DNA of 64,000 nucleotides. Source: Candidatus Omnitrophota bacterium. GTDB taxonomy: Bacteria > Ratteibacteria > UBA8468 > MWAK01. The DNA lies in the NCBI GenBank assembly GCA_043797665.1, contig JAZDPL010000065.1:1-64000 (forward strand). The letters are read 5' to 3'. Under the pieces are notes generated by a model. The model was not told where the DNA came from and searched no databases. It was given only the letters and a program-made list of their open reading frames with translations. Below, piece by piece: positions 55,741-64,000 of this stretch. Position numbers and translations under genes: made by a program. Position 1 is the stretch's first letter. The number at the start of each line of letters is the position of its first letter.

Positions 55741-57003
55741 ATGGACGCGAAAGATAAAAAAAAGATTCTGGAACAGGTTAAATCCGCAAAGGCGAATAGT
55801 CTCTTTCTGGCTAATACCGCCACCCAACAGCGCAGTCAAGTCCTCTCCTTGCTGAAAGAAGAGATATTGAGGAATAAGGAGAGGATAGCCGAGGTTAACC
55901 GGAAGGACGTGGTGTTGGCAAAGGAGGCTGGTCGTAGTTCAGCGTATCTTGACCGGCTGGCTCTTTCCGAGAAGAGAATTCTGCGGATGGCAGAATCGCT
56001 TTCCGCGGTAGAGTCTTTGCCTGATCCCTTGAATAAAATTTTGTGGGAGACAACGAGACCGAACGGACTTCTGGTTCGGAAGGTTTCGGTGCCGATCGGC
56101 GTAATCGCCATCATCTACGAATCACGGCCTGACGTGACGATAGAATCAGCCGGTCTCTGCTTGAAGAGCGGGAATGCGGTGATTCTGAAAGGCGGTTCTG
56201 ATTCTTTGTCAACCAATGCTTTTCTGGTGGAACTGATGCAGGGGGTGTTAAAAGATGCCGGTATCCCGGAAGAAGTGGTCGGTCTGATTACCAGCCGGGA
56301 GCATTCAGCGGTCGATTACCTGCTCTCACTTTTTGATTACATAAATCTGGTTATCCCCCGGGGAGGCGAATCTTTAATTGAATTGGTGGTGGAGAAGAGC
56401 AAGATTCCGGTGGTTAAGCATTACAAAGGCGTCTGTCACACTTATGTAGACCGTGCCGCAAATTTAGAAATGGCCTGGGAAGTTACTCTGAATGCCAAGA
56501 CTCAGCGACCGGGTACCTGTAATGCGACGGAAACTCTTTTGGTGCACCGGGACATCGCGGAAGAATTTTTGCCGGAGATGGCACGGCGTCTTAAGGAAAA
56601 AGGCGTGGAGATGCGCGTCTGTCCGGAAACCGGGAAGATGGTACCGGAATCCGTACCAGCCAGAGAGAAAGACTGGGGTTTTGAATTTCTTGACCGGGTT
56701 ATCGCCATAAAAGTTGTGGGTTCTTTGGAGGAGGCGATTGTCTGGGTTAACCGGTACGGGACCGGTCATTCGGAAGCCATTATTACCGAAGATAAAGAAT
56801 CTGCCAGCCGGTTTTTAAAGGAAGTGGATGCGGCTGCGGTCTATCATAACGCTTCCACCCGGTTTACGGACGGATTTGAGTTTGGTTTGGGTGCGGAAAT
56901 TGGCATCAGTACCGATAAGATTCATGCCCGGGGTCCGATGGGGTTACAGGAGTTGACCTCCTATAAATACCTTATTTACGGAAATGGACAACTCCGGCAA
57001 TGA
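55741..57003 (+). CDS. proA: Gamma-glutamyl phosphate reductase
   Basis: YESRP, IPRGG, CNATETLL, NASTRFTDG and HARGPMGL motifs. Confidence 0.97.
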   Translation: MDAKDKKKILEQVKSAKANSLFLANTATQQRSQVLSLLKEEILRNKERIAEVNRKDVVLAKEAGRSSAYLDRLALSEKRILRMAESLSAVESLPDPLNKILWETTRPNGLLVRKVSVPIGVIAIIYESRPDVTIESAGLCLKSGNAVILKGGSDSLSTNAFLVELMQGVLKDAGIPEEVVGLITSREHSAVDYLLSLFDYINLVIPRGGESLIELVVEKSKIPVVKHYKGVCHTYVDRAANLEMAWEVTLNAKTQRPGTCNATETLLVHRDIAEEFLPEMARRLKEKGVEMRVCPETGKMVPESVPAREKDWGFEFLDRVIAIKVVGSLEEAIVWVNRYGTGHSEAIITEDKESASRFLKEVDAAAVYHNASTRFTDGFEFGLGAEIGISTDKIHARGPMGLQELTSYKYLIYGNGQLRQ

Positions 57004-57022
57004 AATATGACACCCATTAGGG

Positions 57023-57126
57023 TGTCACCCTGAGTGAAACGAAAGGTCTATAGATTCTTCCCCTTTGCTTCGCTCAGGGTCAGGACGGCAAAAAACGAGA
57101 TTCTTCGCCTTTGGCTCAGAATGACA
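57023..57126. repeat. family A composite cluster
   Basis: tgtcaccctgagtgaaacgaaaggtct...ccctttgcttcgctcagggtcagg...agattcttcgcctttggctcagaatgaca. Confidence 0.85.
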
Positions 57127-57136
57127 CTTTTATACC

Positions 57137-57712
57137 ATGGAAATTGGAGTTTTGGGTGGGACGTTTGACCCGGTTCATCTCGGGCATCTCATTATTGCGG
57201 AGAGAGCGAGGGAAGAGGTCGGTCTGGATAAAGTGATATTCGTACCGGCTGGCATTCCGCCGCACCGGCAGGAGGCAGAAGTTTCCGCCGAGCATCGGTA
57301 CCGGATGGTGGCTCTGGCTGCTCAAAGGAACCCCGACTTCCTGGCATCTGATGTAGAAATTAATCGTGACGGTCCGTCCTATACCTATGATACGATTCAG
57401 TTTTTCCTGAATAATTACGGGAAAGAGGTTAGAATCCATCTTATTTTAGGTGCCGACGCTTTTCAAGAGGTGGGTTCCTGGTATAAAATTAAAGAGTTGG
57501 TGCCGCTGGTTTCATTTGTGGTTGTGCCAAGGGAGGGTGCGATAATATCAGAAAATCTGCCTTTGGCGATCAATTTTCAATTTCTGAACGTGGGAATCTT
57601 TTCGGTGTCGGCCCGGGAGATTCGTCAACGGATTAAGGCGGGCCGGAGTATTCGTTACCTTGTGCCGGATTTGGTACGGGAATATATTGGTCAGTACGGA
57701 TTGTATAAATAA
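57137..57712 (+). CDS. nadD: Nicotinate-nucleotide adenylyltransferase
   Basis: GGTFDPVHLGH, SYTYDT and GAD motifs. Confidence 0.96.
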   Translation: MEIGVLGGTFDPVHLGHLIIAERAREEVGLDKVIFVPAGIPPHRQEAEVSAEHRYRMVALAAQRNPDFLASDVEINRDGPSYTYDTIQFFLNNYGKEVRIHLILGADAFQEVGSWYKIKELVPLVSFVVVPREGAIISENLPLAINFQFLNVGIFSVSAREIRQRIKAGRSIRYLVPDLVREYIGQYGLYK

Positions 57713-57715
57713 TGG

Positions 57716-58747
57716 ATGAAAGGGGATATGGTAAAGAATATTGAAGAGTTACAAAGGGATTTTGAAAAGGCTCTGGCTGAAGTTCAGGATGAAGAAGGAC
57801 TTGAGGTTTTGCGCATCCGGTTTTTAGGTCGTAAAAACGGTTTTTTAACTACAATTCTGCATAATCTGAAAAGCTTGTCGCCGGAAGAGCGCCGGCTGGT
57901 AGGGGCGGACGCCAACCGTTTAAAGAAAGAGATGGAAATCCGCCTGGAAACCCTGGGAAATACCCTGAAAGGAAAGGAAAAGGAAGAGGTTCCCCTTGAC
58001 CTTACTTTACCCGGTCCGGAAATTCGTACCGGTCATCTCCATCCTTTGACTCTGGTGAGTCAGGATATGGTCGGTTTTTTTGAAAGATTAGGGTTTCAGT
58101 TCCGGGAGGGACCGGAGATTGAGACCGAGTATTATAATTTTGATGCCCTCAACACGCCTGCCGACCACCCGGCCCGGGATTTGCATGACACCTTTTATCT
58201 GGCACCCGGGGTTCTTCTGCGCAGTCATACCTCACCGGTACAGATTCGGGTGATGGAGAAAGAGAAGCCTCCAATCCGGATGGTGACGTTGGGCCGGTGT
58301 TACCGGAGGGACGCGCTGGATGCCAGCCATTCGCCTGTCTTCCACCAATTTGAGGGGTTGATGGTTGAAAAAGGAACTAACTTCACCCACTTGAAGGGTA
58401 TTATCACCTGTTTTTTGGAATATATCTTTCCTTTCTCTTCGCAGACTCGTTTTACGCCGGCGTTCTTCCCTTTTACGGAACCGAGTGCAGAGGTGAGCAT
58501 CTCCTGTTCCAATTGTCAGGGGAAGGGTTGTTCGTCCTGCGGGCACTCGGGTTTTTTAGAAATTTTAGGGTGCGGAATGGTACATCCGAAAGTCCTGCAA
58601 AAGGTTGGTTATAATCCTGAGGAGATTACCGGGTTTGCCTTCGGGATGGGAGTGGAACGGATTGCGATGATAAAGTACGGTATTCCGGACATCCGCCTTT
58701 TTTACGAGAACGACCTTCGTTTCTTACACCAATTCCGGGAAATGTAG
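57716..58747 (+). CDS. pheS: Phenylalanyl-tRNA synthetase alpha subunit (start may be 57728)
   Basis: NFDALN, HPAR, FHQFEG, FPFTEPS and FAFGMGVER motifs. Confidence 0.97.
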   Translation: MKGDMVKNIEELQRDFEKALAEVQDEEGLEVLRIRFLGRKNGFLTTILHNLKSLSPEERRLVGADANRLKKEMEIRLETLGNTLKGKEKEEVPLDLTLPGPEIRTGHLHPLTLVSQDMVGFFERLGFQFREGPEIETEYYNFDALNTPADHPARDLHDTFYLAPGVLLRSHTSPVQIRVMEKEKPPIRMVTLGRCYRRDALDASHSPVFHQFEGLMVEKGTNFTHLKGIITCFLEYIFPFSSQTRFTPAFFPFTEPSAEVSISCSNCQGKGCSSCGHSGFLEILGCGMVHPKVLQKVGYNPEEITGFAFGMGVERIAMIKYGIPDIRLFYENDLRFLHQFREM

Positions 58748-58768
58748 GGGTTTGATTTATCAAACCCG
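58744..58768 (+). repeat. single family B GTAG repeat supplying the pheS stop codon
   Basis: gTAGgggtttgatttatcaaacccg. Confidence 0.85.
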
Positions 58769-58778
58769 CATAAATACT

Positions 58779-59333
58779 ATGAACGCAAACGATTTACGAC
58801 CGGGGACGGCTTTTCTTCTGGACGGCGACCTCCAGGAAGTAGTAGCTTTTCAGCACGTCAGACCGGGCAAAGGTCCTGCGTACATCAAATGCAAGTTGCG
58901 TATCGTCAAGACCGGCAAAATTTATGAACGTTCCCTGCGTTCCTCCGAAAAGGTCGATGTGGTCAAAATATCCGAAGAGACGGGCCGATATCTTTACCGG
59001 GACGGTGAGAGTGCCTATTTTCTGAACGAAGAGACGATGGATGAAATTCAATTCCCACTTACCGTTATGGAAGATAAAATGGCCTTTTTGCGGGAAGGAG
59101 ACGCGGTGCGAATCAAAAAGGCGGATGATGAGACCATCGGTGTAGAGATTCCGGATTTTGTTGATTTAAAAATTGCTCAGACGGTCCCGGGCGTGAGGGG
59201 TGATACGGTTCAGTCGACCCGGAAGCCAGCCACTCTTGAGACCGGGGCGGTGATAATGGTACCGCTCTTTATCAACGAAGGTGACACGGTGCGGGTGGAT
59301 ACCCGAATCAAAGAGTACGTTACGAGGGTATAA
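58779..59333 (+). CDS. efp: Elongation factor P
   Basis: HVRPGKG, PGVRGDT and KPATLETG motifs; start MNANDL. Confidence 0.96.
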   Translation: MNANDLRPGTAFLLDGDLQEVVAFQHVRPGKGPAYIKCKLRIVKTGKIYERSLRSSEKVDVVKISEETGRYLYRDGESAYFLNEETMDEIQFPLTVMEDKMAFLREGDAVRIKKADDETIGVEIPDFVDLKIAQTVPGVRGDTVQSTRKPATLETGAVIMVPLFINEGDTVRVDTRIKEYVTRV

Positions 59334-59335
59334 CT

Positions 59336-59740
59336 ATGAAACCAGAAGAGTTGAAGCCATTTGTCGATTTCATGGAAGAACACGGGCTGCTTATTTTATC
59401 AGCGGAGGGGCCGGATTTCAGGATTTATCTTGCCGGAAAAGGTGCGGAAAATTTAGTTTCTCCTTCATCGGTTGTACCGGAAACCCCGGCGGACAAGAAG
59501 CGCGTTATTGTTACTTCTCCCCTGGTCGGCACCTTTTACCGGGCACCCGCTTCCGGTGCGGCGTCTTTCGTAGAAGCAGGTCAGGAAATTAAGGTGGGCG
59601 ACATCCTGTGCATCGTGGAAGCGATGAAGGTGATGAACCACGTCAAGAGCGAGGTGGCCGGGAAGGTGCTGGAGATTAAAAAAGAAAACGGGAAACCGGT
59701 GGAATTCGGCGAACCGCTCTTCATTATTGCGGTGGTTTAA
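59336..59740 (+). CDS. accB: Biotin carboxyl carrier protein
   Basis: SPLVGTFYRAP and EAMKVMN motifs. Confidence 0.95.
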   Translation: MKPEELKPFVDFMEEHGLLILSAEGPDFRIYLAGKGAENLVSPSSVVPETPADKKRVIVTSPLVGTFYRAPASGAASFVEAGQEIKVGDILCIVEAMKVMNHVKSEVAGKVLEIKKENGKPVEFGEPLFIIAVV

Positions 59741-59768
59741 ATGATGCAAGGCTGAGACCTGTTTGATA

Positions 59769-59796
59769 CCCCTGCTTACTACACGCAGGGGCAGGC
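59769..59796 (+). repeat. family D repeat (CCCCTG hairpin plus GCAGGC tail)
   Basis: cccctgcttactacacgcaggggcaggc; relatives at 1539, 12758, 54045 and 54439. Confidence 0.85.
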
Positions 59797-59815
59797 GCCT
59801 TGCCCTAATATTTTT

Positions 59816-61144
59816 ATGTTTTCCTTTAATCTTCGTCAGAGAGGGACCAATCTCCGTACGGAAATGGTGGCGGGCCTGGTTACCTTTATGACGATGGCTT
59901 ACATCCTTTTCGTTAATCCCTCCCTTCTTTCCCAGGGGGGAATAAATTTTGAAGCGGCGTTAATCGCTACCGCCCTTTCCGCAGGTATAACCACCATCCT
60001 GATGGGGCTCCACACCAACCTGCCTTTTGCTCTGGCAGCCGGTATGGGCTATAACGTCTTTTTTGCCTTTACCGTGACCAGTCTGATGAAAGTCCCCTGG
60101 CAGATAGCATTGGGCTGTGTATTCTGGGATGGGGTTCTCTTTCTCCTTTTGACGTTACTCCCTTTTCGCGAAGAAATCTTCCGGGGTATCCCGATGAGTC
60201 TGAAGTTAGCAGCCAGTGCCGGCATCGGCATTTTTATCGCTTTTATCGGTTTGTCGAATGCGGACATTATCGTTGCGGTTCCTTCGGTAAAGGTGGGTTT
60301 GGGTAACCTTCACTCGCCCCAGGTACTTCTGGCGTTGGCCGGACTTATCTTCACCGGGTTCCTTCTGGCAAGGAAAATAAAGGGCGCTTTTTTATGGGGA
60401 ATAATCGCCACCGGTCTGTGGGGGATGGTGTTCACCGGTCCTTCCGGTGCCACGATTACCCCGATTCCCGGAGCGATTTCTGATATCGTAAAGATGCCTT
60501 CCTGGCAGACGTTTCGACAAACCTTCTTTCAGATGGACATAGTGGGTGCCTTGCAGTGGCATCTGCTTCCGGTTATCTTCACGTTCCTTTTCTTTGATGT
60601 TTTTGACACGGTGGGTAGCGTGGCGGGTCTGGCTTCCAAGTTGAATATTCTCGATGCCAAAGGTTCCTTTCCGGAGGTGACCGGTGTGTTAATGGTGGAT
60701 GCGGGTGGGACCATCATCGGCGCTGCCTGCGGAACCACCACGGTCACCACCTACATTGAGAGTGCAGCCGGGGTTGCGGAGGGGGGACGGACCGGTTTAA
60801 CCGCGGTCACGGTTGGAGCCTGCTTTCTTTTGGCGCTTTTCTTTGCTCCTTTTGCCGGTCTCCTTCCTCCGGCGGCGATTGCACCCGCCTTGATTCTGGT
60901 CGGGCTCTACATGGTTGAACCGGTCCTGAAGATAGATTTTACCAGCGTTACGGAAGGACTGCCGGCTTTTTTAACCATTATTATGATGCCCCTGACATAC
61001 AATATCGCCCATGGTCTGGCGTTTGGTATTGTTTCCTATACCGTACTTAACCTTTTGGCGGGCAAAAAGGAAAAGATTAGTCCGTTGATGCTGGTTCTCA
61101 CGTTCTTTTTTGTACTCTATTATGCGGTGGGTCGGGTAGGGTGA
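59816..61144 (+). CDS. NCS2 family (AzgA-type purine) permease
   Basis: TFMTMAYILFVNP, AGMG, YIESAAG and GGRTGLT motifs. Confidence 0.93.
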   Translation: MFSFNLRQRGTNLRTEMVAGLVTFMTMAYILFVNPSLLSQGGINFEAALIATALSAGITTILMGLHTNLPFALAAGMGYNVFFAFTVTSLMKVPWQIALGCVFWDGVLFLLLTLLPFREEIFRGIPMSLKLAASAGIGIFIAFIGLSNADIIVAVPSVKVGLGNLHSPQVLLALAGLIFTGFLLARKIKGAFLWGIIATGLWGMVFTGPSGATITPIPGAISDIVKMPSWQTFRQTFFQMDIVGALQWHLLPVIFTFLFFDVFDTVGSVAGLASKLNILDAKGSFPEVTGVLMVDAGGTIIGAACGTTTVTTYIESAAGVAEGGRTGLTAVTVGACFLLALFFAPFAGLLPPAAIAPALILVGLYMVEPVLKIDFTSVTEGLPAFLTIIMMPLTYNIAHGLAFGIVSYTVLNLLAGKKEKISPLMLVLTFFFVLYYAVGRVG

Positions 61145-61147
61145 GAC

Positions 61148-62500
61148 ATGATTAAAAAAGTGCTTATTGCCAACCGGGGTGAAATTGCTCTGCGTATCTG
61201 GCGTGCCTGTACCGAGTTGGGAATTCCTTCGGTAGTCGCCTTTTCTGAGGCGGACCGGAATAGTCTCCCGGTTAAGATTGCCCAGGAGAAAATCTGCATC
61301 GGACCGCCACCCAGCCTGGAGAGTTATCTGAATATTCCGTCTATCCTTTCTGCCCTTGAAGTAACCGGGTGTGACGCCATCCACCCCGGCTACGGTTTTC
61401 TGGCGGAAAACGCTTCTTTTGCCGAGATTTGCGAAGACAGCGGAATTACCTTTATCGGTCCCACTGCGGAGAATATCCGCCTGATGGGAGACAAGGCTAC
61501 GGCACGACGTAATGCGGTGGAAGCCGGCGTTCCAATTTTACCCGGTACCCTTTCGCCCATCAAAGGTAAAGAAGAGGCGGTTTATCTGACCCGTAAAATA
61601 GGTTTCCCGGTCATTTTGAAAGCGGCCGGCGGCGGGGGGGGGCGGGGGATGCGCATCGTGCGGGATGCGAAAGAACTGCTTCCGGCTCTGGATGCCTGCC
61701 AGAGTGAAGCGCTGGCTGCTTTTGACAACCCGGAAGTATATCTTGAGAAGTATGTGGAACGTCCCCGGCATGTCGAGGTCCAGATTATGGCGGATAACCA
61801 TAAACACGTAGTTTCCCTGGGCGAACGAGACTGCTCTTTGCAGCGCCGGCACCAAAAACTGGTTGAAGAATCGCCTTCCCCGGTGGTTACCCCCCGGATG
61901 AGACGGAAAATTTGTACCTATGCCCGGCGTTTGGTAAAATATATCGAGTACCGCAGCGTCGGAACGGTGGAGTTTCTGGTTGACAACCGGCTTAATATTT
62001 ACTTTATGGAAATGAATACCCGGGTTCAGGTGGAACATCCGGTCACGGAAGAGGTAACCGGCGTTGACATTATTAAGGAGCAGTTGCGCATTGCCAACGG
62101 AGAAAAGTTTTCTTTTTCCCTGCGCGAGGTCAGATTTTCCGGTTCGGCAATTGAATGCCGGATTAATGCGGAAGACCCGGCCCGGAACTTTCAACCTTCA
62201 CCGGGCAGAATAGAAAGTTTGATTGTTCCGTCCGGGCCGGGTATCCGTTTTGACAGTCATATCTACCCGGGCTATGTCGTACCGCCCTACTACGATTCCC
62301 TGGTGGGAAAACTGATTGCGAAGGGAAAAGACCGGTAAGAGGCTTTAAACCGGCTCCGCCGGGCATTGGTCGAGATGGAAATTACCGGGATTAAGACCAC
62401 CATCCCTTTGTTTAAACGACTCCTGGAACACTCGGGTTTCCTGAGCGGGCGGTATTACGTCGGTCTCATAGAATCTATTCTGGAGAAAGAATCCCTATGA
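61148..62500 (+). pseudogene. accC: Biotin carboxylase interrupted by an in-frame TAA at 62336-62338 (may be a sequence error)
   Basis: ANRGEIA, HPGYGFL and EMNTRVQVEH motifs; the frame continues EALNRLRRAL...GIKTTIP to TGA 62500, which overlaps the next ATG. Confidence 0.85.
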
Positions 62501-62835
62501 CAAATGAAACACTCGGCGCGGTTAAAATTGAGCACGAAGTATTTTCAGCCATTGCCGCTACCGCCGCGGGAAAGGTTTCCGGAGTTACCAGAATCATCCC
62601 GGGTCTGGTCGGTGGCATCGCGGAACTTTTCGGGCGGCATGCCCCCCAGCATTCGGTAAAGATAAAAGTCAAAGAAGGCGGAATCGCTTTTGAATTAGCC
62701 ATAGAAGTGGCGTACAACAGTGACATTCCCCAGGTATGCTGGGAAATCCAGAAAGCGGTAAAGTCTGCGGTTGAGGCGATGACCGGAATGAGGGTGGTGA
62801 AAGTTGACGTGGAGGTTCATGGTCTAAAGGCATAA
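62497..62835 (+). CDS. Asp23/Gls24 family protein
   Basis: G.VKI..EV..IA and IQ..VK.AVE.MTG..V..VDV.V patterns; follows accC. Confidence 0.9.
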   Translation: MTNETLGAVKIEHEVFSAIAATAAGKVSGVTRIIPGLVGGIAELFGRHAPQHSVKIKVKEGGIAFELAIEVAYNSDIPQVCWEIQKAVKSAVEAMTGMRVVKVDVEVHGLKA

Positions 62836-62843
62836 CCCCTAAG

Positions 62844-63680
62844 ATGAAGATTAAAATTTTAATAATTATTTTCGGGCTAAGTCTGTTTTGTGAATTTGTT
62901 TTAGCCGGTGAGACCGCGCAGGAGTACCATAAGCGGGGCCGTGCCTATCGTCTCAAGGGCGAATATGACAAAGCGATTGCCGACATAAGCCGGGCGATCG
63001 AGATTCAGCCCGATTTCTCCCGGGCGTATAATAATCGCGGACTTACCTATAAGGAAAAGGGCGAATACGACAAGGCGCTCGCCGATTTTATCAAAGCGCT
63101 GGATATTGACCCGAAGTATGCCAACGCCTACTACAACCGGGGAGTTATATATCATAAGAAAGGGGAATACGATAAAGCGATTGCTGATTATGACCAAGCG
63201 ATAGGGTTTAACCAGAAGTTTGTTTCCGCTTACACCGATAGGGGAAATGCGTACGCCTGCAAAGGAGAGTACCCGAAAGCGATTGCTGACTATGAGCGGG
63301 CGCTGAAGCTCGACCCGAAGTACGCACCGACCTATGCGGGGAGGGGATTTACGTACTGTAATACCGGTAAATATGATGAGGCGATTGCGGATTTTACCCG
63401 GGCGCTTAAAATAAACCCGGACGATGTTGAATCCTGTTGTAAAAGAGGGATCGCCTACGGGGGAAAGGAAGAGTATGATAAGGCTGTCGCAGATTTCTTC
63501 CGGGCGCTTAAGATTAACCCGAACTACGCCGAAGCCTATTACAACCGGGGGGTGGCATATTATTATAAGGGAGAATACGACAAGGTCTGGAAAGACGTAC
63601 ATAAAGTAGAAAGTATGGGATATAAAGTAGACCCGGGATTCCGGGCTGACCTGATCAAGGCTTCCGGCCGGGACAAATAG
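62844..63680 (+). CDS. Exported tetratricopeptide repeat protein
   Basis: Signal-peptide-like start; about seven 34-aa AY.NRG..Y..KGEYDKAIAD repeats. Confidence 0.92.
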   Translation: MKIKILIIIFGLSLFCEFVLAGETAQEYHKRGRAYRLKGEYDKAIADISRAIEIQPDFSRAYNNRGLTYKEKGEYDKALADFIKALDIDPKYANAYYNRGVIYHKKGEYDKAIADYDQAIGFNQKFVSAYTDRGNAYACKGEYPKAIADYERALKLDPKYAPTYAGRGFTYCNTGKYDEAIADFTRALKINPDDVESCCKRGIAYGGKEEYDKAVADFFRALKINPNYAEAYYNRGVAYYYKGEYDKVWKDVHKVESMGYKVDPGFRADLIKASGRDK

Positions 63681-63695
63681 AGGGGACGGTAAAAA

Positions 63696-64000
63696 ATGAA
63701 GATGATAGATTTACACACCCATTCACTCCTTTCCGACGGTATCTACCTTCCGATGGAACTTGCCCGTCGGGCTTTAGTGCGCGGTTATGCAATTTTCGCA
63801 ATCACTGACCATGTGGATACTTCCAATATCAGCCGGGTGGTACCGGAGGTGGTTAAGGTGGCGGATGAGATTAACCGGCAGAAAAACGGCATCCAGGTCA
63901 TTCCGGGCGCGGAAGTTACCCATGCGCCTGCGGGTTCTATGCCCGGATTGGTCAAAGAGGCGCGGCGGTTAGGTGCCAAACTGGTTGTGGTCCACGGTGA
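63696..64000 (+). CDS. PHP domain protein (histidinol-phosphatase-like), cut by the window edge
   Basis: [15 protein letters not shown]...AITDHVD...PGAEVTH...VVHG; absent from the ORF track because it has no stop in the window. Confidence 0.9.
   Translation, partial: MKMIDLHTHSLLSDGIYLPMELARRALVRGYAIFAITDHVDTSNISRVVPEVVKVADEINRQKNGIQVIPGAEVTHAPAGSMPGLVKEARRLGAKLVVVHG

Noticed and set aside
62336..62338. Selenocysteine, pyrrolysine or alternative genetic code at the accC stop
   Set aside because: The codon is TAA, which terminates many genes in this window.
62901..63602. 233-aa antisense ORF (also 61538-62194 and 46577-47089)
   Set aside because: These are shadows of the TPR, accC and bamA genes with no independent motifs.

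Overview
Chromosomal window from a diderm, LPS-making and probably anaerobic bacterium. The DUF1559-type prepilin, the fused LpxC-FabZ and the His-type Thi4 suggest a PVC-group candidate lineage (inference only). It carries housekeeping genes in unusually broken operons (tilS, murD-ftsW-murG, rpmA, tRNA-Val, trpC, dut-pnp-rpsO, carB, bamA-skp-lpxD-lpxC/fabZ, thi4, proA, nadD, pheS-efp-accB-accC). It also has many sugar-catabolism genes, including a LacI-controlled prepilin/glycoside-hydrolase locus (about 25.4-39.7 kb). The most striking feature is a dense population of short palindromic repeats of several families. They nest inside each other, supply stop codons and sit in frame inside murG, murD, tilS and a GH38 mannosidase (five inserts). 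A stand-alone GIY-YIG nuclease enclosed by TGTC-type repeats next to tRNA-Val is a candidate mobiliser. A small island (18.4-20.6 kb) holds a vapB-vapC-RNA ligase operon, a second vapBC whose toxin is internally deleted, and a 305-bp MITE with two inverted structured arms. accC has an in-frame TAA.
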